62,944 nucleotides of DNA, filler included, from 7 parts of 7 records of this genome joined end to end with filler, not necessarily neighbours in it, one strand, 5' to 3'. Shown: positions 40,090-50,296, counted from the whole stretch's first letter. Translations and numbers: made by a program. The notes: generated by a model from the letters alone, not told the origin.

Positions 40090-41114
40090 TAAAATACCTG
40101 ACTTAAATTACGATTTCGGAAAATAATCCATACTACAATTGGAATTCCAAGCAATGCAGTAATGCTATTTATTGGAAGTATCCGGTCTGATCCGGGTAAA
40201 TGTGCGACAATATCACTTAGTAGTAGAATTGCAGCTCCCATGAATAGAGTTCCCGGAACCAGTATAAAATGATTGGTTGTTTTAAAAATGAGTCGAGCGA
40301 TATGTGGCACAGCGATTCCTATGAATCCAATTGGCCCGCAAAAGGCTGTTACACTACCGGCCAATAAACTTGTTGCTACAAAAATTAAAAGTCTGAATTT
40401 GAAGATATTAACTCCCGTAGTTTGAGCATATTGCTCTCCTAAAAGCATAATATTTAGTCCTTTACCACTTAATAGTGTGATAATTATACCAATACCGATA
40501 GTGATCCAAAGAATGGATAATTGATCGCCAGTCACGCTACCTAAATTACCCATTGTCCATATTACGTATGATTTGAGTGCACCTTCAGGAGAGAAATATT
40601 GTAAAATGCTTACTAATGCCGAGACTGAACTACTAAATAGAATACCAAGTATTAATATGGTCATAATATCTTTTACACGAGTCGAAACCATGAGTAGTAT
40701 AAGCAGTAATAATCCACTTCCAATTAATGCAGCCACAACAATTGCCCAGTTGCTGAGCATTGTAAATGCGCCGAACCAACCAAATGCTTGAAATCCAATA
40801 ATAACCAATGCAACTCCCAGACTTGCACCACTGCTAATGCCCAATACAAAAGGACCGGCTAGCGGGTTTCTAAACACCGTTTGCATGATTAATCCACTAA
40901 CTGATAAGGCCATTCCGGCTGCTACAGCTGTTAATGCTCTTGGTATACGGAAGTTAAAGAGAATTTTATGTAAATAAGTTTCTCCATTTTGTGATTGAAG
41001 CAACTCCCAAAAATCTTGTAGAGGTATTATAACCGAACCCAATAATAAATCAGCTATAAAAAGCATTATAGCTATAAGAACTATGATCAACATTTTATGG
41101 ATCGGTTTCAACAT
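40089..41114 (-). CDS. FecCD/BtuC-family ABC permease
   Basis: RIPRA, MQTVFRNPLA.P..LGISSGA, GPIGFIG..VPH. Confidence 0.92.
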   Translation of the reverse strand: MLKPIHKMLIIVLIAIMLFIADLLLGSVIIPLQDFWELLQSQNGETYLHKILFNFRIPRALTAVAAGMALSVSGLIMQTVFRNPLAGPFVLGISSGASLGVALVIIGFQAFGWFGAFTMLSNWAIVVAALIGSGLLLLILLMVSTRVKDIMTILILGILFSSSVSALVSILQYFSPEGALKSYVIWTMGNLGSVTGDQLSILWITIGIGIIITLLSGKGLNIMLLGEQYAQTTGVNIFKFRLLIFVATSLLAGSVTAFCGPIGFIGIAVPHIARLIFKTTNHFILVPGTLFMGAAILLLSDIVAHLPGSDRILPINSITALLGIPIVVWIIFRNRNLSQVF

Positions 41115-41372
41115 GCCACAAAGATGGTAAATTTTTCAGTAATGATTAGGATATATTTATTTCCTGTTTAATGTTTTTCCAAATTTGTGCAGCTGGTTAC
41201 ATTTTATTTGAATACTATTAATTTGCATATATAAAAAATCAGTGAAAATCTATGTCTATAATTTTGTTTACCATAATCTTCTTATAAAACGCTGATTTGA
41301 CTGATTATTTTTTTATTTCAAGTCTGATAACTTTGCATACGATAATTAGTGTCTCAACAAAGCTTTAAAGGA

Positions 41373-42482
41373 TTATCTAAGTTTTTGATAATAATACAAG
41401 CCAATAGAATCTTGATTAATAATATGAATGAGATCTTGAAGAATTAATTGCGGCTTGACAACCCCACTTTCCATGTAATCAGATCCTCCGCCAGGCACTG
41501 AACGAAGATTATTATTATAAACATTTTTATGTTTAAATGCATTGAATAATGTCAACCGTTCATCCATTCCTTTTATATCATTTAATTTAGATGCTGATCC
41601 GGTATTAATCCAATAATCAGCACTGGCTGCTTTTTGGTAAACTATTTCCATATCATATTGATAATTAATAGAATTGGTATCATCTTGAAAAACATATTCT
41701 CCACCCGCATCATTGATTAGTTGTGCAGTGTATGTTTTACCTCCGGGAGTGTGCCAGATGTCATTCCATGGTAATCCTGTGAATACAATAGGTTTGTCTG
41801 CTTTGTTTGCTTGGTGTTCAGCTAGAGATTCATAACTTTTCGAAATATCTTCAAAGTATTGGTTAGCAACATCTCTTTTGTTGTAAATAGCTCCAAAAAC
41901 TTTAATCCATTCAGCTTTGCCAAGGGGATGCTGCTCCATATATTCACCAATCATAACAGGAATTATTCCTGCACGCATAAGTTTTTTTCGTAGGGGTTCT
42001 ATTTCATTGGAAATACCGTATAGAAAAACAACAGAAATATTTAATTCCAGCAGTTTTTCAATGTTTAAATTAGTGTCAAAACCAACCTCGATAATTTCAT
42101 TTTGCTTGTCTAGCTTATGAAATGCTTCGCTATACACATATTGTTTAGATGATACCGCTTTTAGGTTTTTTAATTCATCAATTGTTTCTAAAAATGCAAT
42201 ATGAGTGGTTGAAATAGCTGCTATTCGTTCTGGTGTAGAGGGTAATAATTGAGCATTTCTTGGAACAGGAATTTTTTTGTTTTTGGGAATTGCATATTGG
42301 TATTGAATATTTTGGGCATCAACCCATGGGTTTTTTATGGTGATTAGGGTGTAATCAGGATTTTCGTTTATAATAAAGTGGTTAGCGTATTGGTTGTTGG
42401 TGGCAATCTCTTGCTTATGAGTGCTTTGTTGGCAAGAATTTAATAGTAATAGAACTGTGGCAATAAATATTATAGCTCTCAT
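41373..42482 (-). CDS. Iron/cobalamin ABC periplasmic binding lipoprotein
   Basis: Lipobox LNSC, RIAAISTTH, EYME.HPLGKAEW, DAGG, ESG..KP..IL.DL. Confidence 0.85.
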   Translation of the reverse strand: MRAIIFIATVLLLLNSCQQSTHKQEIATNNQYANHFIINENPDYTLITIKNPWVDAQNIQYQYAIPKNKKIPVPRNAQLLPSTPERIAAISTTHIAFLETIDELKNLKAVSSKQYVYSEAFHKLDKQNEIIEVGFDTNLNIEKLLELNISVVFLYGISNEIEPLRKKLMRAGIIPVMIGEYMEQHPLGKAEWIKVFGAIYNKRDVANQYFEDISKSYESLAEHQANKADKPIVFTGLPWNDIWHTPGGKTYTAQLINDAGGEYVFQDDTNSINYQYDMEIVYQKAASADYWINTGSASKLNDIKGMDERLTLFNAFKHKNVYNNNLRSVPGGGSDYMESGVVKPQLILQDLIHIINQDSIGLYYYQKLR

Positions 42483-42507
42483 GGTTTTAATTTATAAAGT
42501 AAAATTA

Positions 42508-42537
42508 ATAAATAAAGGCCGACTTTTCAGCCGGCCC
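42508..42537 (-). terminator. Intrinsic terminator downstream of the TlpA gene
   Basis: Minus strand reads GGGCCGGCT-GAAA-AGTCGGCCT followed by TTATTTA. Confidence 0.65.
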
Positions 42538-42566
42538 ACTGGGAAAATAGTTAATTGCTAATTGGA

Positions 42567-43661
42567 TTAATTATATATTTCCTCCAGTTTTTCTTTTAAC
42601 TGTTCGTGAGTGAATTTGTTCATGATAATTTTACCATCAGGATCAACCAATACGGTATGTGGAATACTGTTAACGCCGTAAATTTGTCCGGCAGCATTTT
42701 TCCAACCCTGTAAATCTGATACTTGTGTCCATGGTAATTTATCATCATAAATTGCTTGCATCCATTTCTCTCTTGATTGATCAAATGATACACCAAGTAC
42801 CTGGAATCCTTTTGGATTAAATTCGTTGTATATTTCAACCACATGTGGGTTAGCTCTGCGACATGGTCCACACCATGCAGCCCAAAAATCAATCAATGTA
42901 TAGTTTCCTTTGAAATCTGATAATGAAACATCCACACCGGCAGTATCTTTCATGGTAAAATCAGGTGCCATACTACCAACTTTTGTTTTTTCAAGTTTTG
43001 CTAAATGCTCTGTTAAATAGTTGTAGTATTCATTATCTTGATTGGCTTCAGGAACTTTTGCTAGTGCTTCGTTTAGGTCATCATAAGACATGTTGTAAAC
43101 TAATTTTCTACGTACAATGTGCAATCCCACAAGGTTTTCCATGTTTTTCATGGCAAACTCCTTTGAGAATGCTTGTTCCTCTTCGTATACGGTTTCTATT
43201 TTGGCTCTTACAGCTTCTTGCATTTCTGTGTCACCACTTTTTCCAGCTTCTTGATATTCAGCGTATAATTCATTATTTGTTACACTAAACTCATTGGCCT
43301 TATTAAGATATTCTTCATAAATATCATTTATAGCACTTCCTTCATAATCTATTTTTAGAGGATCATCAGCATTGGCAGACATTTTAATCTTTTCGTTACT
43401 AATGAAAAACTCAGTGCGATCATTTGTACCTTTAATATTGAAAACTGCCCACATTGGTTTTTCAACCGAGCCGGTGAAAACATAACCATTATTAAATTCA
43501 GCAGAGTCGAATGGCTGAAGCGCATTGTTCTCAACTTTAAGTAAGTAAGCCATTCCTTCAGTATTGTTGGCAAGTTTTACTGTTACTTCATATCCTTTTT
43601 TTTCTTTTGCACAGGCACTTAGGATTATTGCCAATACGAATAGACCAATAATTTTATTCAT
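42567..43661 (-). CDS. TlpA-like thiol-disulfide oxidoreductase lipoprotein (DUF4369 + AhpC/TSA domain)
   Basis: Lipobox LSAC, APDF, IDFWAAWCGPC, IPHTVLVDPDG. Confidence 0.9.
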   Translation of the reverse strand: MNKIIGLFVLAIILSACAKEKKGYEVTVKLANNTEGMAYLLKVENNALQPFDSAEFNNGYVFTGSVEKPMWAVFNIKGTNDRTEFFISNEKIKMSANADDPLKIDYEGSAINDIYEEYLNKANEFSVTNNELYAEYQEAGKSGDTEMQEAVRAKIETVYEEEQAFSKEFAMKNMENLVGLHIVRRKLVYNMSYDDLNEALAKVPEANQDNEYYNYLTEHLAKLEKTKVGSMAPDFTMKDTAGVDVSLSDFKGNYTLIDFWAAWCGPCRRANPHVVEIYNEFNPKGFQVLGVSFDQSREKWMQAIYDDKLPWTQVSDLQGWKNAAGQIYGVNSIPHTVLVDPDGKIIMNKFTHEQLKEKLEEIYN

Positions 43662-43733
43662 TTCTATAGCGTTAAATTAATATTCTGATGGTAAAAATAG
43701 TAAAACATATGGCTCAAAAAAAACTTTGTAAAT

Positions 43734-43804
43734 AGATATTGGATTTAAGATATTAGATATCAGACTTCGCTATACTAAATCTAAGATCTATAATCTAATA
43801 TCTT
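43734..43804. repeat. Imperfect palindrome made of heptamer repeats
   Basis: AGATATT/GGATTTA/AGATATT/AGATATC facing AAATCTA/AGATCTA/TAATCTA/ATATCTT. Confidence 0.5.
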
Positions 43805-43850
43805 TTATCCATTTACTTTTTTAACTTTGTCTTTTCCTAACCATAAAATC

Positions 43851-44453
43851 ATGATGAGTACGAAATCGGTCATTGTTTTTGATAATTACGATTCATTTAT
43901 ACATAATTTGTTGCATCTATTGCAAGAAGTTAGACCAGATTATATTTATCATGTTATAAGAAACAACGATAAGTCTATTTTCAAATATCGCCCATCAGCA
44001 TTGATAATTGGTCCAGGACCAATGACTCCATCGGAAACTGGTTTGCTGGATGAATATTTCTCTCAAGTAATAGAACCTGCTAGTATTCCTGTGCTGGGTG
44101 TATGTCTTGGAATGCAGTTTCTTGCATTTAGAAGAGGAATTTCAATAACCAAATCCACTTTACCTGCACACGGAGCCGCTGTTGAAGTTAAGCATTATGA
44201 AAAGGAATTATTTCTGGGAGTTAATAAAAGATTTAAGGGTGCAAGGTACAATTCTCTTGAGGTACAGAAAGAGAAAATAGTAGCAGATGATGAACTTGAA
44301 TTAATAGCGTTTGCTTCTGAGAATGATGCAGCAATGGCTTTTCATTATAAGCAAAAACCCTGGACCGGTGTGCAATTTCATCCAGAGAGTTTTCTTACCA
44401 CAGATGGGGCATTGATTATTGATAATTTTTTCAAGCAATATGTTGAAATTTAA
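43851..44453 (+). CDS. pabA: Aminodeoxychorismate/anthranilate synthase component II (glutamine amidotransferase)
   Basis: DNYDSF, GPGP, GVCLGMQ, QFHPES. Confidence 0.85.
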   Translation: MMSTKSVIVFDNYDSFIHNLLHLLQEVRPDYIYHVIRNNDKSIFKYRPSALIIGPGPMTPSETGLLDEYFSQVIEPASIPVLGVCLGMQFLAFRRGISITKSTLPAHGAAVEVKHYEKELFLGVNKRFKGARYNSLEVQKEKIVADDELELIAFASENDAAMAFHYKQKPWTGVQFHPESFLTTDGALIIDNFFKQYVEI

Positions 44454-45735
44454 TTATATAGAAACTCAGATAAAAAGAGCTTGGGATCTGGATACTGCAT
44501 TAAGTATGGTTGATAAGTGGGATGGTACTTTGCTATATAGTAGTCCTGATTCTGCATCGGACGGTCAGATTATTTTGGGCTTAAATCCGGTTTTTGAGGC
44601 GAGTGATATTAGTTGCAATACACTGGAGATGGTTGATGCACTCTATGAAATGAATAAGCATTTAGATTTTCCATTTTTGTTTGGTTATGTAGGTTATGAT
44701 GCTAAGCATTTATTTGAAGAAAAAGGCATTTACAAAAATTTGGTTGAAAAAGAGTTTAATCAGTTTGCTTTTCATGTGTATCAATTCGTAGTCGTTTTTA
44801 ATGCTAGTTGGGACTGTAGCCAAATATTCAGTTTGCAATATGATGGTCGCAATTTGATTGATATTGAAGAATTAAGATCTTTTGTCAGCATTGATTATAA
44901 TTCATTCAAAGTAAATTATATAAATTCGGACCTTTCCAAAGAGGAGTACCTGGATGGAGTTAAACGGATTCAAGAATATATAAAAGCAGGAGATGTTTAT
45001 CAGGTGAACCTGACACGAAAAATCAAATGCAGTTTTGAAGGAGATGTGTTGAATGCAGCAAAATCGCTGATTGAATCCAATCGCATAGAGTTTGGAGTAT
45101 TTTATAAATCAGGCGATAATTACCTGATATCAACATCTCCAGAACGTTTTTTCTATGCAGAAAATAATAGAATTTTGACTTCACCTATAAAAGGAACAGC
45201 CGGACGCGGCGAAAATGATGAGCTGATTAAGCAGGATTTGTTAAATGATACCAAGAACCTGCGTGAACTGGCTATGATAACAGATTTACTTCGAAATGAT
45301 ATTTCTCGAATTTGCAAGCCTGGCACTGTTAAGGTCAAAGGATATCCAATCTTAAAAGAATTAAAGAATGTGTACCATTTAGTTTCTGATGTGGAAGGAG
45401 AGTTGACCACAGATTGTTTTAGCGAAATAATTACTGCCCTGTTTCCGGGGGGATCAATTACTGGTTGCCCAAAAATCAGAGCATGTCAAATTATAGAGGA
45501 GTTAGAGAAAAAGGGAAGAGGACCTTATACTGGTAGTTTTGGTTACATCTCAGGCAATGGTCAAATGGATTTCAATATCTTAATTCGTTCTGTATTTATT
45601 CAAAACAATCAACTTTCCTTTAATGTGGGCGGTGGTATTACTTTATTATCTGATCCTGACGATGAGTATTTGGAAACAATCCATAAAGCTAGAAATATAG
45701 TAGAGGCACTCAAAGTAACGAATTTTCAGATGTAA
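44440..45735 (+). CDS. pabB: Aminodeoxychorismate synthase component I (chorismate-binding)
   Basis: GDVYQVNL, SPERF, PIKGT (PabB-type), DLLRND, FPGGSITGCPK, GGGI. Confidence 0.85.
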   Translation: MLKFNYIETQIKRAWDLDTALSMVDKWDGTLLYSSPDSASDGQIILGLNPVFEASDISCNTLEMVDALYEMNKHLDFPFLFGYVGYDAKHLFEEKGIYKNLVEKEFNQFAFHVYQFVVVFNASWDCSQIFSLQYDGRNLIDIEELRSFVSIDYNSFKVNYINSDLSKEEYLDGVKRIQEYIKAGDVYQVNLTRKIKCSFEGDVLNAAKSLIESNRIEFGVFYKSGDNYLISTSPERFFYAENNRILTSPIKGTAGRGENDELIKQDLLNDTKNLRELAMITDLLRNDISRICKPGTVKVKGYPILKELKNVYHLVSDVEGELTTDCFSEIITALFPGGSITGCPKIRACQIIEELEKKGRGPYTGSFGYISGNGQMDFNILIRSVFIQNNQLSFNVGGGITLLSDPDDEYLETIHKARNIVEALKVTNFQM

Positions 45736-45933
45736 TTTCATTTTTCTGACATTTTACTCAAGAATTAACAATAATATAACCTTTCATGCAAACGTTTTCT
45801 AAGGCTTAAGTATTTGTTTTACAGTTTTTTAAAACTATTTAGATTTATTCTTAAAAAACAAAATAAAATACTAAATTTGTACTCCCAAATTTTTTGAAAT
45901 TTAAGTTTTATACAATCATAAAATCGATTAATT

Positions 45934-46398
45934 ATGACTAAACACGTTTACACCTTCGGTGACGGAAAAGCAGAAGGTAAAGCCGACATGAAAAACTTGT
46001 TAGGTGGTAAGGGAGCAAACCTTGCAGAAATGAACCTTATTGGAGTTCCTGTACCTGCAGGTTTCACAATTACTACTGAAGTTTGTACTGAATATAACCG
46101 AATTGGAAAAGATGCAGTGGTTGAAATGATCAAAGCTGAAGTTGAAGCTGGTATTGCTGCTACTGAAAAAGCAATGAATGCGAAATTTGGTTCTAAAGGA
46201 GAGGCTTTCCCATTATTACTTTCTGTACGTTCAGGTGCCCGCGTTTCAATGCCAGGTATGATGAATACTGTATTGAACCTTGGTATGAATGACGATGCTG
46301 TTAAATTAATTGCAGAAAAATCAGGAAATGAGCAATTTGCATATGATTCATATCGTCGTTTTATTCAAATGTATGGTGATGTGGTAATGGGTGTTGAA
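45934..46398 (+). CDS. ppdK: Pyruvate, phosphate dikinase (3' truncated)
   Basis: [34 protein letters not shown]; Bacteroidota -7 motif TAAATTTG at 45872-45879. Confidence 0.97.
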
Positions 46399-46498
46399 NN
46401 NNNNNNNNNNNNNNNNNNNNNNNNNNNNNNNNNNNNNNNNNNTTAATTAATTAANNNNNNNNNNNNNNNNNNNNNNNNNNNNNNNNNNNNNNNNNNNN
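46399..46498. other. Artificial contig spacer
   Basis: 44 N + TTAATTAATTAA + 44 N. Confidence 0.98.
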
Positions 46499-46640
46499 TC
46501 CTGGCTGATCGACAAGAAGGAGCCCAAGGTCGACTTCCTGCTGATGAGCGTGGGGCTCTGAAGAAAAAAACGCCACTCCCCGCAATGCGGGGAGCGATTC
46601 CCCCCTGACAATCCCGCGTTCAGGTCCTATACTGGGAAAC

Positions 46641-47861
46641 ATGAGCAGCGACGAGCGGGAGTTCACAGAGGAAGAGGCGGCGGCGAGGCTAAAGCTGCCC
46701 CGCCCCACCCTTTCCTATTACAGAACCCGAGGCCTCCTCTCTCCCCTGAAAAGGGGGAAGGCCTTTGTCTATACCCCCGACGACCTCAAGCGCTTGAGGC
46801 TGATCCTCCTTCTTAAGAATGCCCGACTGAGCCTGAGCGATATAGCGGCCCTCCTGGAGCTGCCGGAAGAGGAGTCCCGCCGCGAGATCGGCCGGATCAG
46901 ATCCGAAAGGCTGGAAGAGATCGGCAGGCTCCGCGGGATGATCGCGGAAGGGATAGCCGGGCTTCAGAAACAGCAGCCCGGGAAGCAACCGGAACACCCC
47001 GGACTGCCGGCCTCGCTTTTCCATATGCTCCGCTGTCCCCGCTGCGGCTCGCCTGTGGATCTGGTGGATAGCGCCATCAGCGGCAACAGGCTGAAATCCG
47101 GGAGGCTGCGCTGTCCGGCGGATAGCCTGGAGTACAGCTTCGATCGGGGCATACTCTTTCAGGAAGAGGCCAGCTACGACATCAGCCTGACCCATGAACG
47201 GGAACCGGACGCCGTCATCAAGGGGCTCAATCACGACATCGTCAGCTCCGTCCTCGGCTGCGCCCGGATGATGATCGAGCGCAACAGGGAAGATCTGCGG
47301 GGCTGCGGCAGTTTCATCCACTTCTGGTGCGATATAGACTTCTATCTGCATTCTCTGTTCAGAGAGCTGGAGGCCCCCTCCACCCACTTCATCCTCTATC
47401 CCAACAGGGAGGAAGCGGCCTTCGTGATGGACGAGTACCCTTCCGATCCCGGCGAAGCCGAGGCCATGGTCATCATAGGCAGGGAAGAGCTTCCCCTGGG
47501 CCCGTCATCCTGCGACGCGATCTTCGATGTTTTCGGTTCCTACTATCTTATGAATATGGAACAGGAGGACGACCTTCTGCCTCCGGTCCTGAATGAACTG
47601 AAGGAGGACGGTCTGTTCATAGGCTTCGGTCTGTACATAGCCGAAGAGCGGGAGCGCTATCCCGGGCTGACGGAAAAGCAGAAGACCCTCTGCACCCTGG
47701 AGGGTTACAGGGAGAGACTGAAGTCCCTGGATCTGGAGGAGTTTCGTTTCCACAAGGGCGTAAGCGTGGAAGACGGCGGTCCCTGGGCCGTTTTCCGTCC
47801 CGAAGGCAGTGCGATCACCCCCTTTTTCATAACGGCGAGGAAGAGAAATGCTCAGTCTTGA
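46641..47861 (+). CDS. MerR-family regulator fused to a Zn-ribbon (Trm112-like) and a methyltransferase-like domain
   Basis: N-terminal TLSYYRTRGLL.P...Y...L...LSLSDI, central LRCPRC...LRC, C-terminal LPL...DAI...LKEDG alpha/beta domain. Confidence 0.65.
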   Translation: MSSDEREFTEEEAAARLKLPRPTLSYYRTRGLLSPLKRGKAFVYTPDDLKRLRLILLLKNARLSLSDIAALLELPEEESRREIGRIRSERLEEIGRLRGMIAEGIAGLQKQQPGKQPEHPGLPASLFHMLRCPRCGSPVDLVDSAISGNRLKSGRLRCPADSLEYSFDRGILFQEEASYDISLTHEREPDAVIKGLNHDIVSSVLGCARMMIERNREDLRGCGSFIHFWCDIDFYLHSLFRELEAPSTHFILYPNREEAAFVMDEYPSDPGEAEAMVIIGREELPLGPSSCDAIFDVFGSYYLMNMEQEDDLLPPVLNELKEDGLFIGFGLYIAEERERYPGLTEKQKTLCTLEGYRERLKSLDLEEFRFHKGVSVEDGGPWAVFRPEGSAITPFFITARKRNAQS

Positions 47862-48165
47862 CGCCTTCGCCGGGAAGCACGGCCTGACCAGGGACACGGT
47901 CTACTACTATATAAAAGAGGGGATCCTGAGCCCCCGGAAAAAGGGGCAGTATATCTTCGAAGAGGATTCGGATGAGGATATCCGCCTTGTGAAGTTTATG
48001 AAGCAGATAGGGTTGTCCATGGATGCGATAAAAAAGATCGCCATAGCCCGCAGGATACTGGGCCCCTCCCATCCCATACTCAGAAACTACCTGACAGGCT
48101 GTTACCGGGAAAGGGAGGAAGCCCTCCGGGCCGAAGAGGAGGAGTGGAACACCCTGCTCATATGA
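47848..48165 (+). CDS. Short MerR-family HTH protein (possibly a truncated paralog)
   Basis: FAGKHGLTRDTVYYYIKEGILSP..KGQYIF...MKQIGLSMDAI. Confidence 0.7.
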   Translation: MLSLDAFAGKHGLTRDTVYYYIKEGILSPRKKGQYIFEEDSDEDIRLVKFMKQIGLSMDAIKKIAIARRILGPSHPILRNYLTGCYREREEALRAEEEEWNTLLI

Positions 48166-48328
48166 ACGCGACCGATGATCATCCCCTCCGATATTCAGAG
48201 CTCCCGAACCGGATTCGTTCAGGGAGACGCCGTTTCTATCGGGATGAGCAATACTTTTCATTTCCGTCTTTACAGAATAAGATACGGCCTATAGGATTGA
48301 AGCGCTTAGAGATTTAAATTGCGCCAAG

Positions 48329-48342
48329 CTTAAACGTTTAAG
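48329..48342. promoter_or_regulatory. LacI-type operator, copy 1
   Basis: Perfect palindrome CTTAAACGTTTAAG upstream of the HAD gene. Confidence 0.75.
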
Positions 48343-48373
48343 TACAACTCTGAAACACAATGAGGTTACTGCC

Positions 48374-49147
48374 ATGAGTCTGAAATCAGTCTTTTTCGAT
48401 TTCGGGGGTACAATCGATACCTATCCGGAGATCTACAACAACGCCCTTGAGGCAATGGAGAAAATAATAAAACTCTTGAGGGATAACGGCGTCGGCCTGC
48501 CTGATCAAATCTCTCCGGAGTCGTTCCTTCGGCACCTGGACAGTGCTTCAAAGCGCTACAAGGCCTGGAGAAAAACCACACTGATCGAGGTATCAACTAT
48601 TGACTTCTGGAACAAGTACATCCTGCCTGACATAAGTACCGGCAGGATCCTTGATCCGAAGCTGTCGGAGGAATTGACCTACCTGATTGAAACTGGACGT
48701 TATACAAGATCTGTCCGACCGGAAATGATATCCGTAATGGAGCGACTCACAACGTCGACGTCCCTTAACTTCGGTATCATCAGTAATATTATCAGCAAAA
48801 CACAGGTGCCTCGGTGCCTTGAAGAATACAAGCTGGAACAATACTTCACTCAAGTCATCCTCTCTGCCGAATTCGGAAAAGTCAAGCCGGATGCATCCAT
48901 CTTCCATCATGCCGCAGATCTATACGGATGCCGGCCTGATGAGTGTCTCTATGTGGGGAACAGCCCCTCCAAGGATGTGGAAGGAGCTAAAAATGCAGGC
49001 TATATGGCGGCTGTGCAGATTGAATACTCCGACGACGCAGAGGACGCGGCAGCTTCCGGTTGCTCTCCAGATTATTATATAAAATCCATGAACGAGCTCC
49101 CGGCAATAATCGACACTCTTCTTCAATCAGAAGCAAGGGAGAAATGA
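48374..49147 (+). CDS. HAD-superfamily hydrolase
   Basis: FFDFGGTI, ISN, KPD..IF, YVGNS..KDVEGA. Confidence 0.9.
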   Translation: MSLKSVFFDFGGTIDTYPEIYNNALEAMEKIIKLLRDNGVGLPDQISPESFLRHLDSASKRYKAWRKTTLIEVSTIDFWNKYILPDISTGRILDPKLSEELTYLIETGRYTRSVRPEMISVMERLTTSTSLNFGIISNIISKTQVPRCLEEYKLEQYFTQVILSAEFGKVKPDASIFHHAADLYGCRPDECLYVGNSPSKDVEGAKNAGYMAAVQIEYSDDAEDAAASGCSPDYYIKSMNELPAIIDTLLQSEAREK

Positions 49148-49225
49148 GACTGCAGGGATTTATTCAGGACACATGGAAAAAAAATAGAATTAATTAGACA
49201 TATCCCTTAATGGCTGATATCATCA

Positions 49226-49239
49226 CTATAACGTTTAAG
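49226..49239. promoter_or_regulatory. LacI-type operator, copy 2 (overlaps the lacI RBS)
   Basis: CTATAACGTTTAAG, 12/14 identical to copy 1. Confidence 0.65.
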
Positions 49240-49248
49240 GAGTTTTTC

Positions 49249-50253
49249 TTGAGAGTAACGATAAAGGATATTGCGAAGCATGCGGGAGTCTCTGTCGCCG
49301 CAGTATCAAAGGCTCTCAACGACCAGCCTGATATCGGGTTGAAAACAAAGGAAAGGATCAGGCGGATCAGTAGAGAGATGGGATATACCCCCAATGCGGT
49401 CGCCCGGAATCTGGTAAAAAGGGAGAACAAGACCCTTGGCGTTCTTATCCCTGATATATCTACCCCGATCTATCCTGCCATATACAAAGGGATCAACGCC
49501 TGCGCCATAGATTACGGCTATACGCTGCTACTCGGTGATATGAACCGCAGCCTTGAATATGAAAAACAGTATGCCCGTACCATGGTGGAGAACCGTGTCG
49601 CCGGTCTCATAGTCAGCCCTATCAGCAATGATACAAGCCATTTGGAGGAGGTCATAAACGGGCAGATCCCGATCATCTATTTCGGTGGAAAGGTAAACCA
49701 AAATATGGATTACTTCGTCGGAATCAACAACGTTCTCGGAGCCTCCCTGGCGACAGAGCATCTGATAGAACAGGGGCATCGGGATATTCTGATGATGAGT
49801 GACAGAAACGATACGAAAACGCGTCTGGACCGTATTCTGGGTTATGAAACGGTTATGAAGCGGAATGGTCTGGAACCGAGGGTTCATGTTCACAGTTCCG
49901 GCGCGATGGGCAGAGACTGCGGCGTTGAGGAGATGGAAGGCCTTCTGAAAAGAGGAAGGGACTTGCCTTCGGCGATATTCGCCCTGAACGATTCAATGGC
50001 GATTGGCATCATGGGAGTATTGATGAACCATGGGATAAGGATTCCCGAAGATATCGCCGTTATGGGCTATGACGATATCCCTTTTGCCTCCCTGCCCATG
50101 ATAAGCCTGTCCACTGTCTGGCAGCCGAAATACGAAACAGGAGAAGCGATTATTCAACTGATGCATGAAATCCTTACGAGCAATGGAGTGATCAGGCAGA
50201 AGAATATCATTCTGGAGCCCCATCTCTGCTTGAGATCTTCAACAGCAGTTTAA
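49249..50253 (+). CDS. LacI-family transcriptional regulator
   Basis: VTIKDIAKHAGVSVAAVSKALN, GYTPNAVARNL, ND.MA.G, IPEDIAVMGYDD; TTG start at 49249 after AAGGAG. Confidence 0.95.
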   Translation: MRVTIKDIAKHAGVSVAAVSKALNDQPDIGLKTKERIRRISREMGYTPNAVARNLVKRENKTLGVLIPDISTPIYPAIYKGINACAIDYGYTLLLGDMNRSLEYEKQYARTMVENRVAGLIVSPISNDTSHLEEVINGQIPIIYFGGKVNQNMDYFVGINNVLGASLATEHLIEQGHRDILMMSDRNDTKTRLDRILGYETVMKRNGLEPRVHVHSSGAMGRDCGVEEMEGLLKRGRDLPSAIFALNDSMAIGIMGVLMNHGIRIPEDIAVMGYDDIPFASLPMISLSTVWQPKYETGEAIIQLMHEILTSNGVIRQKNIILEPHLCLRSSTAV

Positions 50254-50269
50254 TTTTTTTCGAAAGACA

Positions 50270-50283
50270 CTTATACGTTTAAG
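50270..50283. promoter_or_regulatory. LacI-type operator, copy 3
   Basis: CTTATACGTTTAAG, 13/14 identical to copy 1, immediately upstream of the PHP gene RBS. Confidence 0.75.
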
Positions 50284-50296
50284 TAAGGAGGAATTG

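Noticed and set aside
41115-42566. Cobalamin riboswitch for the Fe/B12 ABC genes
   Set aside because: The intergenic gaps are short or very AT-rich and lack a recognisable B12-box or core structure, so the substrate was left unassigned.
46451-46708. Minus-strand ORF running into the spacer
   Set aside because: It is antisense to the MerR gene and to the probable 3' end of a plus-strand gene; its length is inflated by N codons.
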